This document shows positions 33,936 through 45,651 of a stretch of DNA of 64,000 nt, in pieces. Positions within the stretch are counted from its first letter, which is position 1, and each line of letters begins with the position of its first letter. The notes beneath the pieces are model-generated. The model had not been told where the DNA came from. It made no database searches and was given only the letters and a program-made list of their open reading frames with translations. Position numbers and translations under genes: made by a program. Location: the NCBI GenBank assembly GCA_016781085.1, contig JADDQZ010000035.1:10253-74252 (forward strand), in the 5' to 3' direction. This stretch comes from Actinomycetota bacterium. GTDB taxonomy: Bacteria > Actinomycetota > Thermoleophilia > Solirubrobacterales > Solirubrobacteraceae.

Positions 33936-34913
33936 TTATTTCGCTGAGCGCCGAGTGCTGTCTTGCAGACGCCGCTGCAAGGCGAAGCGGAACTCGCGGC
34001 CACGCTCTTGCACCAGCCGCAACTTCAGGAAGTTGACGTTGCGCATGAACTCGTTGTGCAGGTGCAGGCGGCGCACCTGCCGATCTGACAGCGAGGGAGC
34101 CCTCGTTGGCGTCACCTCGTATCCGAGCTCCTGTAGCTCCGCGTCAGCCAAAGAGGCGAAGATGGCCTGGTCTCGCGGGGTCATGTCGTGACGCCAGCGC
34201 CCGGCTGCGCGGTGATGCACTCCGTCGAAGAGGCCCGGGAACCACGATCGCTGATCGGGCACGATCTTCGCGGGATCTGCCGCTTCGAGCGCCAGCATCC
34301 GCGGATCGAAGCGCAGGCCGAGAAACTCGCAGACAGATCGCACTCCGCGCTCCGGGTCCTCGACGAGATCCTCGTAACGAAATTGCTTGACTTGCGCCGG
34401 ATGGGCTTGCGCCGCCGCTTGACCGGCGCGGATTCCGCGCGCCCACCACTGGGCCGCCGCCCAGGCGTTGTTGGGACCGAAGGGCATCTTCTTGAGCGAT
34501 AGCGCAACATCGCGACCGTCGCGGACGAGCACGACAAAGCGGGCCTGTGGCCAGATGTCCAGCAACCGGTCGACATGGTGAACGTAGTGCGGCGTCTTGT
34601 CACCCCACCGTGGCTTGCCGTGCTTGACGGCGTACGCCCAAAACGGCGCCGCGAAGATGAACCGCCGCGCCTCTTGGGCATCAAGTCCGGCGGGTAAGGC
34701 CGGCGGACCACCTCCGAGGTCCCACAACTTGACTTTGGGGTGAGTCCATACCCGCTCCATCATCTGGGGGCCGGGCACCTCGTTTGCGTCGAAGTCAGTC
34801 AGGAACATCGACTCCGGCGGGATCGCGACCTCAGGTCCGTTGTCGAGGATCAGCCGGAGCATCGTCGTTCCCGACCGGTCGTTGCCGCAGATGAAGAACG
34901 GGTCGCCGATCAC
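33936..34913 (-). CDS. Sulfotransferase-family protein
   Basis: PAPS-binding 5'-PSB loop (GNDRSGTTML) and 3'-PB motif (VLVRDGRDVALS). GTG start 27 nt after the rpiB stop. Confidence 0.8.
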   Translation of the reverse strand: MIGDPFFICGNDRSGTTMLRLILDNGPEVAIPPESMFLTDFDANEVPGPQMMERVWTHPKVKLWDLGGGPPALPAGLDAQEARRFIFAAPFWAYAVKHGKPRWGDKTPHYVHHVDRLLDIWPQARFVVLVRDGRDVALSLKKMPFGPNNAWAAAQWWARGIRAGQAAAQAHPAQVKQFRYEDLVEDPERGVRSVCEFLGLRFDPRMLALEAADPAKIVPDQRSWFPGLFDGVHHRAAGRWRHDMTPRDQAIFASLADAELQELGYEVTPTRAPSLSDRQVRRLHLHNEFMRNVNFLKLRLVQERGREFRFALQRRLQDSTRRSAK

Positions 34914-34940
34914 GTGCGACTCACGTCCGACGACACGCCG

Positions 34941-35393
34941 TCAACTCGAGAATTCCGCTTCGATGGCGTTCATCTTCGCCAACCGGCGGATGTGACGATC
35001 GGCTCCTGAGAAGCGCGCACACAGAAATGCGCGCATGATCTCTTCCGCGTAAGCCGGGCCGACGACACGCCCCCCCAGGCACAACACGTTGACGTCGTCG
35101 TGCTCCACCGCCTGGTGGGCCGTATAGGTGTCGTGGGCGACGGCCGCCCGGATGCCGGGGAACTTGCACGCCGCCACGGCGACGCCCGCCCCGGACCCGC
35201 AGATAATCAACGCGCGGTCGGCTCGACCTTCGCGGATGGCGGTGGCGGCGGCACGCGCCGTGTCGGGGTAGTCGACCGGCGTGGTGTCGTGCGTACCGAG
35301 GTCGACAGGCTCGTGTCCTTCCTTGCGGATGACGTCGAGCGCGAGCGCTTTGAGCGTGAATCCGGCGTGATCGACCGCACAAGCGATTCTCAA
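34941..35393 (-). CDS. rpiB: Ribose-5-phosphate isomerase B
   Basis: 150 aa. MRIACAVDHAGF...ALIICGSGAGVAVAACK. TTG start in a TTGA overlap with the upstream stop. Confidence 0.93.
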   Translation of the reverse strand: MRIACAVDHAGFTLKALALDVIRKEGHEPVDLGTHDTTPVDYPDTARAAATAIREGRADRALIICGSGAGVAVAACKFPGIRAAVAHDTYTAHQAVEHDDVNVLCLGGRVVGPAYAEEIMRAFLCARFSGADRHIRRLAKMNAIEAEFSS

Positions 35394-36349
35394 GTCAATC
35401 CCTCCTCTTGGGCGGCCATCAGCGCAGCACCGAGGACGCCGGCTTGGGCGCCGTGACGCGCCACACGAATCGAGGTGAGCGTTCCAACGCCGGCCAGCGT
35501 GTAGCGCGCTGCCGTCTCGCGCGCCGGCCCTAGCAATAGCTCGCCGGCGGCGGACGCTCCTCCGCCGATCACGACTTCCAGCGGATCGAACAGGTTGATG
35601 ACGTTGGCGATACCGACGCCCAGACGCTGACCGTGGATCGTCACCACCTCAAGGGCAACAGGATCTCCTGCCGCGGCCGCCGTGACAGCATCGCGACCAG
35701 TCACTTTGCCCTCCGCGCTGAGCAAGCGGCCCAACGGTGAATCGGGGTTGGTACGAGCAGCCGCTTCTGCCAGCTCGTCGAGCGCCGTTCCGGAGGCCAG
35801 CGCCTCAAACGTCCCCGGACGCGGCCAGCCCGCAAGCTCGGGCGCTCCTGACGCCAAGTCGAGGCCGATGGTGATGTGACCCAGCTCTGGAGCGGCGCCG
35901 GTGGCACCGCGGAAGACACGGCCGTTGAGCACTATCCCACCGCCGATACCGGTTCCGACGGTGATCATCACCAAGTTGATCGAGGACACCCGGCCGCCTT
36001 CATGGGCTTCCGCCAGGGCCGCGCAATTGGCGTCGTTGTCGACGTAGACCGGCAGCCCGAGACGCTCGCTGAGTAGCGTGCGCAGCGGAACATCAACCAG
36101 CGGGATGTTGACGCTGTTGCGGATACGACCCGTCGCAAAGTCGATTACCGACGGAACTCCGAGTCCGATGGCGCGAGTGTCTGCGGTACGGACGTCGCCG
36201 ACCAGCCGCACGATCTGCTCGATCAGCTCCTCTGAGCTGGAAAGCGCCGTCGGCTCGGCCAGGGGCTCGCTCAGCTTGGCGTCTTGAAGCGCGGCGATCG
36301 CGACTTTCGTCCCGCCGATGTCGATCCCGATCGATTGGGGAGACCCCAT
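35390..36349 (-). CDS. ROK-family sugar kinase (glucokinase-like) lacking the ROK zinc-cysteine motif
   Basis: GIDIGGTKVAIAAL, DNDANCAALAE and GTGIGGGIV motifs. The segment ELGHITIGLDLASGAPELAGWPRPGTFEALAS has no Cys where ROK kinases carry CxCGxxGCxE. Confidence 0.85.
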   Translation of the reverse strand: MGSPQSIGIDIGGTKVAIAALQDAKLSEPLAEPTALSSSEELIEQIVRLVGDVRTADTRAIGLGVPSVIDFATGRIRNSVNIPLVDVPLRTLLSERLGLPVYVDNDANCAALAEAHEGGRVSSINLVMITVGTGIGGGIVLNGRVFRGATGAAPELGHITIGLDLASGAPELAGWPRPGTFEALASGTALDELAEAAARTNPDSPLGRLLSAEGKVTGRDAVTAAAAGDPVALEVVTIHGQRLGVGIANVINLFDPLEVVIGGGASAAGELLLGPARETAARYTLAGVGTLTSIRVARHGAQAGVLGAALMAAQEEGLT

Positions 36350-37026
36350 CAGGTGAGCTCGGCGGCCGCCGCCGCATCGAGGACCACCAGCGGATCGCGC
36401 GACAGCCCGGCGGGCACGATGGCTTCTTGGGCCGATCCGAACGCCTTCGCCACGGCGGGAGCCTTGTCGGCGCCCGTGACCAAGAAGACGATTCGCTCCG
36501 CTGCGTTGATCGCCGGCACGGTCAAAGTGATTCGCGGCACGAACGGCTCCAAGCCGGCTTCCGGCACGCCGACGACGATGCGCTCGCGCTCTTGCAATGC
36601 CGACTTGCCCGGAAACACGGAAGCCATGTGCCCGTCGCCGCCCAAGCCCAGCAGCAGGAGATCGAAGCGCGGTTGGCTGCCGAGCGCTTGCATCACTTGA
36701 GTCTCGTACGCGTCCGCTCCGGCTTGCGGTCCCTTTTCGCCTTCCATGCGCATGATCCGCGGGCGACGCTCCTGCGGTAGGCGGTCGAGCAGCGCAGCGG
36801 CTGCCATGCCGTAGTTCGAGCGCTCATCCGTGGGCGCGACACAGCGCTCGTCCCCCCACCACACGGTCGCCTTGCTCCAATCCGGTTGCGACGACGCCGC
36901 GATCTCATAGGCGAGCTTCGGCGTCGAACCGCCGGTCAGGACAATGTGCCGACCGGCGGCCGCGGCCTCGTTGAGCAGCCGAGCCACGAAGGCGGCAGGA
37001 TCATCCACAACTCGTATATCGGTCAT
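36349..37026 (-). CDS. pgl: 6-phosphogluconolactonase
   Basis: ATG at 37026 (ATGA overlap with opcA). LTGGSTP, WWGDERCV and LGLGGDGHMASVFP motifs. Confidence 0.92.
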   Translation of the reverse strand: MTDIRVVDDPAAFVARLLNEAAAAGRHIVLTGGSTPKLAYEIAASSQPDWSKATVWWGDERCVAPTDERSNYGMAAAALLDRLPQERRPRIMRMEGEKGPQAGADAYETQVMQALGSQPRFDLLLLGLGGDGHMASVFPGKSALQERERIVVGVPEAGLEPFVPRITLTVPAINAAERIVFLVTGADKAPAVAKAFGSAQEAIVPAGLSRDPLVVLDAAAAAELT

Positions 37027-38078
37027 GCCACCATCGCATGAGCGGCGCGCAGCGCCGGCTCGTAGATAGATCCCGGCGACAAGGCGATCCTCACGCCGTC
37101 GGCGAGGATCCCCGCTTCCCCACGGGAGGCGCCGAACACCGTCCAAGTCTGCTCGCGACCGTCGCGCTCACGGCGATGAGAGCGCAAACCGCCCGGCCCT
37201 CGGTCAAATGACACCGATTCGCCGGCTGCCGTCTCGATCGTCACGCCGCCGAGCCCCGGCGACTGCATGTCGACGGATTGCAGCCGCACCGCCACTTCGC
37301 CGCGGCGTGCGCGCAAGCGCCCGACCCGATCCACACCGGTGCGAGTGAGGGACAAGGGGCGCCACTCGAGCCGTGAAGCCATCCAACCGCAGAAAAGCAG
37401 GCCGGCGGCCGCGGAGTCCTCGCGGTGGCGCACGGTGACGGCGGTGATCGAACGCAAGTCGCCACGCAAGCGCGGGGGATCGAAGGTCGCGGCGACGCGT
37501 TCGCGCCACGGGGCCGAGCGCAGCCAAGCGAGGTCGACGACGCGCATGTGTTCAGACAGCGATCGTGCGCGCTCCATGGCGTCGTAGGGGTCCGGCTCGT
37601 CTTGGGAGTCCAGCAGCACCACTTGGGCATGGCGCCTGAGGGAATCCAGTCCATCTGCGTGACGATGCGGCGCCCACACGACGGTCGGCACATCGCCGAT
37701 CAGCAACCGTCCCACGATCGTGTCAAGTGCGGCCGCGTGCCGCGGTGCCAGCGTTAACTCGATCTTCTCGCGTCCCACCGCAATACGGTCACCGGACGGT
37801 TCGCCCATCGTGGAGCCGATCGAAGCCGTGGCATCGAGTCCCTCTTGTTCCTCAGCGACCTTGCAGAGGATCAGGCGCGACGGATGCGCTGCGCGCAGGC
37901 GCTCCAGCCGGTTCTCGACCTCGCCGCTGAACTCGGCATCGACGATCGCCACCAGGTTGAGCACACGTGCCGGGACGAAGCCCGGGCTGCGCCTGGCACG
38001 CGCGAACTGCAACTCGCGCAGGGCCGACTCGACGTCGGCCGGCGTGGTGTTAACGGCGTACCAGCGATCGTCGTCCAT
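37023..38078 (-). CDS. opcA: Glucose-6-phosphate dehydrogenase assembly protein OpcA
   Basis: 351 aa, located between zwf and pgl as in actinobacterial/cyanobacterial opcA loci, with typical N-terminal (VLNLVA) and central motifs. Confidence 0.85.
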   Translation of the reverse strand: MDDDRWYAVNTTPADVESALRELQFARARRSPGFVPARVLNLVAIVDAEFSGEVENRLERLRAAHPSRLILCKVAEEQEGLDATASIGSTMGEPSGDRIAVGREKIELTLAPRHAAALDTIVGRLLIGDVPTVVWAPHRHADGLDSLRRHAQVVLLDSQDEPDPYDAMERARSLSEHMRVVDLAWLRSAPWRERVAATFDPPRLRGDLRSITAVTVRHREDSAAAGLLFCGWMASRLEWRPLSLTRTGVDRVGRLRARRGEVAVRLQSVDMQSPGLGGVTIETAAGESVSFDRGPGGLRSHRRERDGREQTWTVFGASRGEAGILADGVRIALSPGSIYEPALRAAHAMVA

Positions 38079-39616
38079 CAGAGCGTGCGCCAGTGACGGC
38101 CCGCGCCCAGTAGCCCTTGGGCTTCTTCCGGACCCTCGGAACCCGCCTCGTACGGCGCGGGATTCACTTCAGACGCCCGCCAAGCGGCGAGGATCGGATC
38201 GATGATCGACCATTGCGCGTCGACCTCGTCGTTGCGCGTGAAGAGCGTGGCGTCGCCGCGCATGGCGTCGGTGATCAACCGCTCGTAGGCTTCGGGCGAC
38301 TCGGAAAGGAACGTCGTGCCGTAGAGAAACTCCATGTTGACGGGCCGAATACTCATCCGCGTCCCCGGCACTTTGGCGCCCAGCGAGATCGACACACCCT
38401 CGTTGGGCTGCACCGTGAGCACGAGCTGGTTCGGCTGCACGCCCGCCGAATCGGCGTTCTGGAACGCCATGTGCGGCACGGGCTTCAGCGTCACCGCGAT
38501 CTCGGTGACCTTGCGCGCCAGCCGCTTGCCCGTCCGCAGGAAGATCGGCACGCCTGCCCAGCGCCAGTTGTGGACTTCCAGGCGCAAGGCCGCGTATGTC
38601 TCGGTGCCGGAGTGCTCGGGAACGCCATCCTCGTCGAGGTAGCCGGGAACTCGCTCACCGCCGATCACACCGTCGGTGTACCGGCCCCGGACGGTGTTCA
38701 GAGCCACTTCCTCAGGCCGGAACGGCCGGATGGCTTCAAGCACCTTGACCTTTTCGTCACGTACCTTGTCGGCGTCGAAACTGGCCGGCGGCTCCATGCA
38801 CAGCAGGGTCAGAAGCTGGAGCATGTGGTTTTGCACGAGGTCGCGGAGGGCGCCGGACGAGTCGTAATAGCCGGCGCGTGTGCCGATTCCGAGATCTTCA
38901 GCCGCCGTGATCTGGACGTGATCGATGTAGTTGCGATTCCAGACCGGCTCGAACAAGTAGTTCGCGAAGCGGAAGGCAAGGACGTTCTGAACCGTCTCCT
39001 TGCCCAGGTAATGGTCGATGCGGAAAACCTGGCGCTCGCGGAACGACGTCGAGACGATGGCCTGCAGCGCCCGCGCGGAAGCCAAGTCGCTGCCGAACGG
39101 CTTCTCGATGATGATGCGGACATCGGTCTCGCGGTGATGATTCATGCCCGCGGCCTTCAGCCGCTCCATGATCACCCCGAAGAACGCCGGCGCGGTCGAG
39201 AGGTAGTAGACGCGGTTGAGCGGCAGGCCCGCTTCGGCGTCGAGCTCGGAGATCACCCCGTCAAGCCGGCCGTAGCCCTCCTGCTCGTCGAAGCCGAAGG
39301 CCACGTATCGCAGCCTCGTCAGCAGGCCCTCCAGGACTTGGGTGTCCGGTGGCCGGCGCGAGAAGGAGACGATCGCCTCGCGCGCGAACCGGCGGTACTC
39401 GTCGTCGCTCATCTCGGCCCGCGAGATGCCTACGAGGTTGAAGCGAGCAGGCAGCGCGCCGTCGTGGGCGAGGTTGTAGAGCGCCGGCAGAAGCTTGCGC
39501 CGGGCCAGGTCGCCCGACGCCCCGAAGATCGTCAGCGTGGTCGGCGGGACGGGACCGCGCTCCAGCCCCAGCGCGAGCGGATTGACTTCGGTGAGCGACT
39601 CCACAGCGACTGCCAT
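38078..39616 (-). CDS. zwf: Glucose-6-phosphate 1-dehydrogenase
   Basis: ATG at 39616 (1-nt overlap with the gnd stop). IFGASGDLARRKLLPAL, RIDHYLGKE and EKPFG motifs. The track ORF extends spuriously to 39898. Confidence 0.96.
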   Translation of the reverse strand: MAVAVESLTEVNPLALGLERGPVPPTTLTIFGASGDLARRKLLPALYNLAHDGALPARFNLVGISRAEMSDDEYRRFAREAIVSFSRRPPDTQVLEGLLTRLRYVAFGFDEQEGYGRLDGVISELDAEAGLPLNRVYYLSTAPAFFGVIMERLKAAGMNHHRETDVRIIIEKPFGSDLASARALQAIVSTSFRERQVFRIDHYLGKETVQNVLAFRFANYLFEPVWNRNYIDHVQITAAEDLGIGTRAGYYDSSGALRDLVQNHMLQLLTLLCMEPPASFDADKVRDEKVKVLEAIRPFRPEEVALNTVRGRYTDGVIGGERVPGYLDEDGVPEHSGTETYAALRLEVHNWRWAGVPIFLRTGKRLARKVTEIAVTLKPVPHMAFQNADSAGVQPNQLVLTVQPNEGVSISLGAKVPGTRMSIRPVNMEFLYGTTFLSESPEAYERLITDAMRGDATLFTRNDEVDAQWSIIDPILAAWRASEVNPAPYEAGSEGPEEAQGLLGAGRHWRTL

Positions 39617-40521
39617 CACGGCATCCTCTTGACCTCGTGGCCGCCGAACTGGTTGCGCAGCGCGGCGAGCACCTTGTTGTTGTATTCGCCCTCTCCGCGG
39701 GAGTAAAAGCGGGCGTAGAGGGCGGCAGTGATGACCGGCGTCGGCACGTCGTGGTCGATCGAATCGATGATCGTCCAGCGGCCTTCCCCGGAATCGGACA
39801 CGTGGGCTCCGATGTGCTGGAGGTCGTTGCCTTCCTCCTCGAACGCACGCTCGGCCAGCTCGCACAACCAGGAACGCACGACGGAGCCGCGATTCCACAA
39901 GCCCGCGACTTCCTTGAGCTGGATGTCGAACGGCGCCTTGTGCATCAGCTCGAAGCCCTCGGCGTAGGCCTGCATCATCCCGTATTCCACACCGTTGTGG
40001 ACCATCTTCACGAAGTGACCGGCGCCCGCGTCACCGAAGTGGCGCCAGCCGTCCGGCGGGGCCAGCACGTCGAGGATCGGCGCCAGTCGGTCGACGCCCT
40101 CATGTGGACCGCCGACCATCATGCAGTAGCCCTCCTGCAAGCCCCAAACGCCGCCGCTCGTACCTACGTCGACGTAATGCAGCCCGCGCTCAGCCAAGGC
40201 GCCGGCACGGCGCTGATCGTCGTGCCAGTTGGTGTTGCCGCCGTCGACGATCAAGTCGCCCGGCTCGAGCAAGTCGGCTAGAGCGTCGACCGTCTGCTGC
40301 GTCGGGTCGCCGGCCGGGACCATCACCCACACGGTCCGTGGCGCTTGCAACTGCCCGACGAGCTCTTGCAGTGACCCGGCGCCGGCAGCGCCGTGCTCCT
40401 GCGCGCGTGACACCGCTTCGGCATTGAAGTCGAAGGCAATGACCTCGTGATCCGAATCACGCCGGATGCGGTGGACCATGTTGCCGCCCATGCGGCCCAA
40501 TCCGACGAAACCGATCTGCAT
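39616..40521 (-). CDS. gnd: 6-phosphogluconate dehydrogenase, decarboxylating (short ~300-aa form)
   Basis: MQIGFVGLGRMGGNMVHRI..., GHFVKMVHNGVEYGMMQAYAEG. Confidence 0.92.
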   Translation of the reverse strand: MQIGFVGLGRMGGNMVHRIRRDSDHEVIAFDFNAEAVSRAQEHGAAGAGSLQELVGQLQAPRTVWVMVPAGDPTQQTVDALADLLEPGDLIVDGGNTNWHDDQRRAGALAERGLHYVDVGTSGGVWGLQEGYCMMVGGPHEGVDRLAPILDVLAPPDGWRHFGDAGAGHFVKMVHNGVEYGMMQAYAEGFELMHKAPFDIQLKEVAGLWNRGSVVRSWLCELAERAFEEEGNDLQHIGAHVSDSGEGRWTIIDSIDHDVPTPVITAALYARFYSRGEGEYNNKVLAALRNQFGGHEVKRMP

Positions 40522-40571
40522 CTAGTGCTTTCTCCTGGAAGTCGTGTCCGCGGGGCGGTCTGGATTGCCCA

Positions 40572-43271
40572 CTACAGGGTTTCGCGCAGAGCGTCGATGG
40601 CCGAAGCCGGCTTTTCCGCCGGAACCCGTACCCGCACGGCCTTGAGATCGTGCGCGCGCAGCGTCTCGAGGTCGCCCGCGGATTGTGCCTCCATCAGCCG
40701 GCGGAAGCCGTAGGACTCGCCGGGAATCTCGGCGTCCTGAGTCGAATCGTCGACCAGCAGCAAGAAGCTGCCGCTCGCGGGCCCGCCCTTGTGCAGCTGG
40801 CCGGTCGAGTGCAGGTAGCGCGGCCCGTACCCGAAAGTCGTCGCCGCCCCCTTCTTCGCTACCACGGCTTCCCGGAGGTTGGCGATGGCCGAGTCGACTT
40901 CTTCGGCATACGGGAGGTAGCCCAGGACCGCTAGGTAGCCGGGCGATTGCAGCGCGGCCAGCATCGCCGCGGCATCGCCGTCTTGGCTGTTGGCGGCGCC
41001 CTCGTCGAGCACCCGCCGCGTGTTGTCCTTGGCTTCCTGGACGTTGGGCTGGTCGAACGGGTTGATGCCCAGCGCCCAGCCGGCGACGGCGGTGGCGAAC
41101 TCGCTCAAGAAGAACAGGCGCCCGAGGTCCGTCGCGCCCTCGTAGTGCAGCGCGATGGTGGCGTGACCGGCCTTCGCGAGCTGCTTGAAAGCCGCGTCGG
41201 TGGCTTCGTCCGGCTGCTCGGCGTTACGCAGGTGCAAGAACACGCGATCCTTGCCGTACGCGCTCGCATCGGCCAGCGGCTCGTCGGCGATCGGCAGGAT
41301 CCCCTGGCCGTTCTTGCCCGTCGACTCCGCTACCAGCTGCTCCGCCCACAATCCGAACGAGCTGAGTGGGGCATCCACGACCCACGTCAGCTTGTCGCAG
41401 CCCTGCAAGGCCAGCTCACCGAGCGCGCAACCCAGCCACAAGCCGGTGTTGGCGTCGACCGAACTCGCCGGCTCACACGTCTGCACGCCGACTTTCGCCG
41501 CTTCCAGCACTTTGCCGACGTCTACGCCGAGTAGAGCGGCCGGCACCAACCCGAAGTACGACAGCGCGGAATAGCGCCCGCCGATTTCAGGGTCGTTCTC
41601 GAACGTCCGGCGGAAGGAGTGCTCGGCCGCGAGGTCGAGCAAAGAGGAACCGGGGTCAGAGATCGCCACCCAATGCGCGCCATCGGACTGGATCGCGTGG
41701 AAGTGCTTGAACAGCGACAGCGTCTCAATCGTCCCGCCCGACTTGGTCGAAAGCAGAAACAGGGTCTTGGCCGGATCGATCGACTGCTCCACTGCCAGCA
41801 CCTGATCCGGATGCGTCGAGTCGAGTACTTGCAGCTTGAAGCCGCCGCTCTGGCCCGCCATCGAGAGCCGGAACACTTCCGGCGCCAGGCTCGAGCCACC
41901 CATGCCGAGCAGGACAACTTCGGTGATGCCGTCTTGGCGCACCTGGCCGACGAACTGCTCGAGCGACTCGGCTTCGCCGGACATCTTCTCCACTACGGAA
42001 AGCCAGCCCAGCCGATCGGTGACTTCCGGCGTCCCCTCGGGCGCCCAGAGGGTGCCGTCGCGCCGCCAGATGCGCTCGACAACGTCTTCCTCGGCGGCGC
42101 GCTTGACGCGGTCGGCAACCGGCTTTTCGAAGTCGGCCGGTAGATCGGCGTCGATCCCGGTCGGCCGCCCGGTGGTCAGTTGCTCGCGCTTGACTTCAAT
42201 GCCGTCGATCAACTTGTCCATCGGCTTGACGAAGGCCTCGATGCCGTCACGCAGCAGCTTCGCCGTAACGTCGTCGAGGTCGATGCCGGCGTCCGCGAGC
42301 CGGCGTAGATCCTTGCTCGGATCCTGGTCGGCGGTTGCTCCCTTGACTTCGCCTTCTTGGCCGGCGGCGATCAGGGTGTTCAGCGGCATGGTGTTGACCG
42401 TGTGCGGCGCGACCAGTTCGTAGACGTACATCGTCTCGGGGTACGCGGGGTTCTTGACACCGGTGGAGGCCCACAGCGGGCGCTGTAGTGGGCATCCCGC
42501 TTCACGGAGGTTGGCGAAGCGCTCGCCGAAGAAAATGTTCTTGAAGGCTTGGTAGGCGGCGCGGGCGTTGGCGAGCCCAGCGATGCCGTTGAGCTCCGTG
42601 TTGCCCATCGCTTCCAAGCGCTTGTCGACTTCGGTGTCTACGCGCGAGACGAAGAACGACGCCACCGAATGGCGGTCAAGCGGCTCACCGTCTTCAAGGC
42701 GGCCTTCCATCGCTCGGATGAACGCCTCCATCACCTTCTCGTACTGCGAGACGGCGAACAAAAGCGTGACGTTGATGTTGAGTCCCTGGCGCAGGAGCGT
42801 CTCGATCGCTGGAATCCCCGCGTCGGTTCCCGGCACCTTGATCATCAGGTTGGGGCGGTCCACTTGGCGCCAGAACGTCATTGCCTCGTCGATGGTTCCC
42901 TGCGTGTCGTGCGCGAGGTTCGGCGCGACTTCGAGCGACACATAGCCGTCGACGGCGTCCGTCTCGTCGTAGACGCCACGGAGCACGTCGCAAGCGTTGC
43001 GCACGTCTTCGACCGCGATCCGCCGGTACATCTCGTCCGCGCTCAGATTCTCGTGAACGAGTTCGATCATGCCCTCGTCGTAATCGGAGGACCCGAGAAT
43101 GGCTTTCTCGAAGATCGCCGGATTCGACGTGACGCCGCGTAGGCAGTCCTGCTCCACCATCCGCGCGAGCTCTCCGTCGTTGATCATGCCGCGACGAAGC
43201 TGATCGAGCCACACGCTCGTCCCGGCCGCCGTCAGGGCCGTGAGGCGTTCGTTGACTGCTGCAACGCTCAT
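40572..43271 (-). CDS. tal: Bifunctional transaldolase / glucose-6-phosphate isomerase fusion
   Basis: 899 aa. N-terminal transaldolase (SVWLDQLRR...GVTSNPAIFEKA...MIKVPGT) fused to a PGI domain (LLGMGGSSLAPEV...GGRYSALS...). Confidence 0.9.
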   Translation of the reverse strand: MSVAAVNERLTALTAAGTSVWLDQLRRGMINDGELARMVEQDCLRGVTSNPAIFEKAILGSSDYDEGMIELVHENLSADEMYRRIAVEDVRNACDVLRGVYDETDAVDGYVSLEVAPNLAHDTQGTIDEAMTFWRQVDRPNLMIKVPGTDAGIPAIETLLRQGLNINVTLLFAVSQYEKVMEAFIRAMEGRLEDGEPLDRHSVASFFVSRVDTEVDKRLEAMGNTELNGIAGLANARAAYQAFKNIFFGERFANLREAGCPLQRPLWASTGVKNPAYPETMYVYELVAPHTVNTMPLNTLIAAGQEGEVKGATADQDPSKDLRRLADAGIDLDDVTAKLLRDGIEAFVKPMDKLIDGIEVKREQLTTGRPTGIDADLPADFEKPVADRVKRAAEEDVVERIWRRDGTLWAPEGTPEVTDRLGWLSVVEKMSGEAESLEQFVGQVRQDGITEVVLLGMGGSSLAPEVFRLSMAGQSGGFKLQVLDSTHPDQVLAVEQSIDPAKTLFLLSTKSGGTIETLSLFKHFHAIQSDGAHWVAISDPGSSLLDLAAEHSFRRTFENDPEIGGRYSALSYFGLVPAALLGVDVGKVLEAAKVGVQTCEPASSVDANTGLWLGCALGELALQGCDKLTWVVDAPLSSFGLWAEQLVAESTGKNGQGILPIADEPLADASAYGKDRVFLHLRNAEQPDEATDAAFKQLAKAGHATIALHYEGATDLGRLFFLSEFATAVAGWALGINPFDQPNVQEAKDNTRRVLDEGAANSQDGDAAAMLAALQSPGYLAVLGYLPYAEEVDSAIANLREAVVAKKGAATTFGYGPRYLHSTGQLHKGGPASGSFLLLVDDSTQDAEIPGESYGFRRLMEAQSAGDLETLRAHDLKAVRVRVPAEKPASAIDALRETL

Positions 43272-43293
43272 GAGAGCTCCTGTCTGAAAGATT

Positions 43294-45324
<2,031 letters not shown>

Positions 45325-45426
45325 GGGCGGGCTCCTCTGGTCGGGTTATGAGAGACGGACGCTAGCGGTTCGAGCGCACGAACCGACCTGATGACGGAGC
45401 CCGTGCACTTGTGGCGCAAAAGGCGA

Positions 45427-45651
45427 TCAGCGCCGCCGGGATAGGCGTACCCGAACCTGCCCAAGCCTCAACTCGTCACCTGGGCGCAACAGCACGCTCG
45501 AGGCACGGATGCCGTTGCTGGAGACGCCGTTGGTCGACTCGAGGTCACGTACGACATAGCCCTCCGGAGCCCAGCGCAACTCGGCATGGCAACGGGAGAC
45601 CGCCTTCTCGTCGATCACAAGATCGCAGCACGCTGGATCGCGGCCGACCAC
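45427..45651 (-). CDS. Minimal stand-alone FHA-domain ORF (N-terminus uncertain)
   Basis: GTG start. VGRDPACCDLVIDEKAVSRCHAEL...DLESTNGVSSNG...GDELRLG carries the FHA signature residues (GR...SR.H...S.NG). An in-frame TGA at 45718-45720 limits any extension to 22 codons. Confidence 0.6.
   Translation of the reverse strand: MVGRDPACCDLVIDEKAVSRCHAELRWAPEGYVVRDLESTNGVSSNGIRASSVLLRPGDELRLGQVRVRLSRRR

Noticed and set aside
45355-45390. Inverted repeat cggttcg-agcgca-cgaaccg upstream of tkt as a dedicated PPP operator
   Set aside because: The stem is only 7 bp and there is a single copy. I mention it only because it carries the GCTAGCGGTT motif also seen at 29071-29112; on its own it is not distinguishable from chance.
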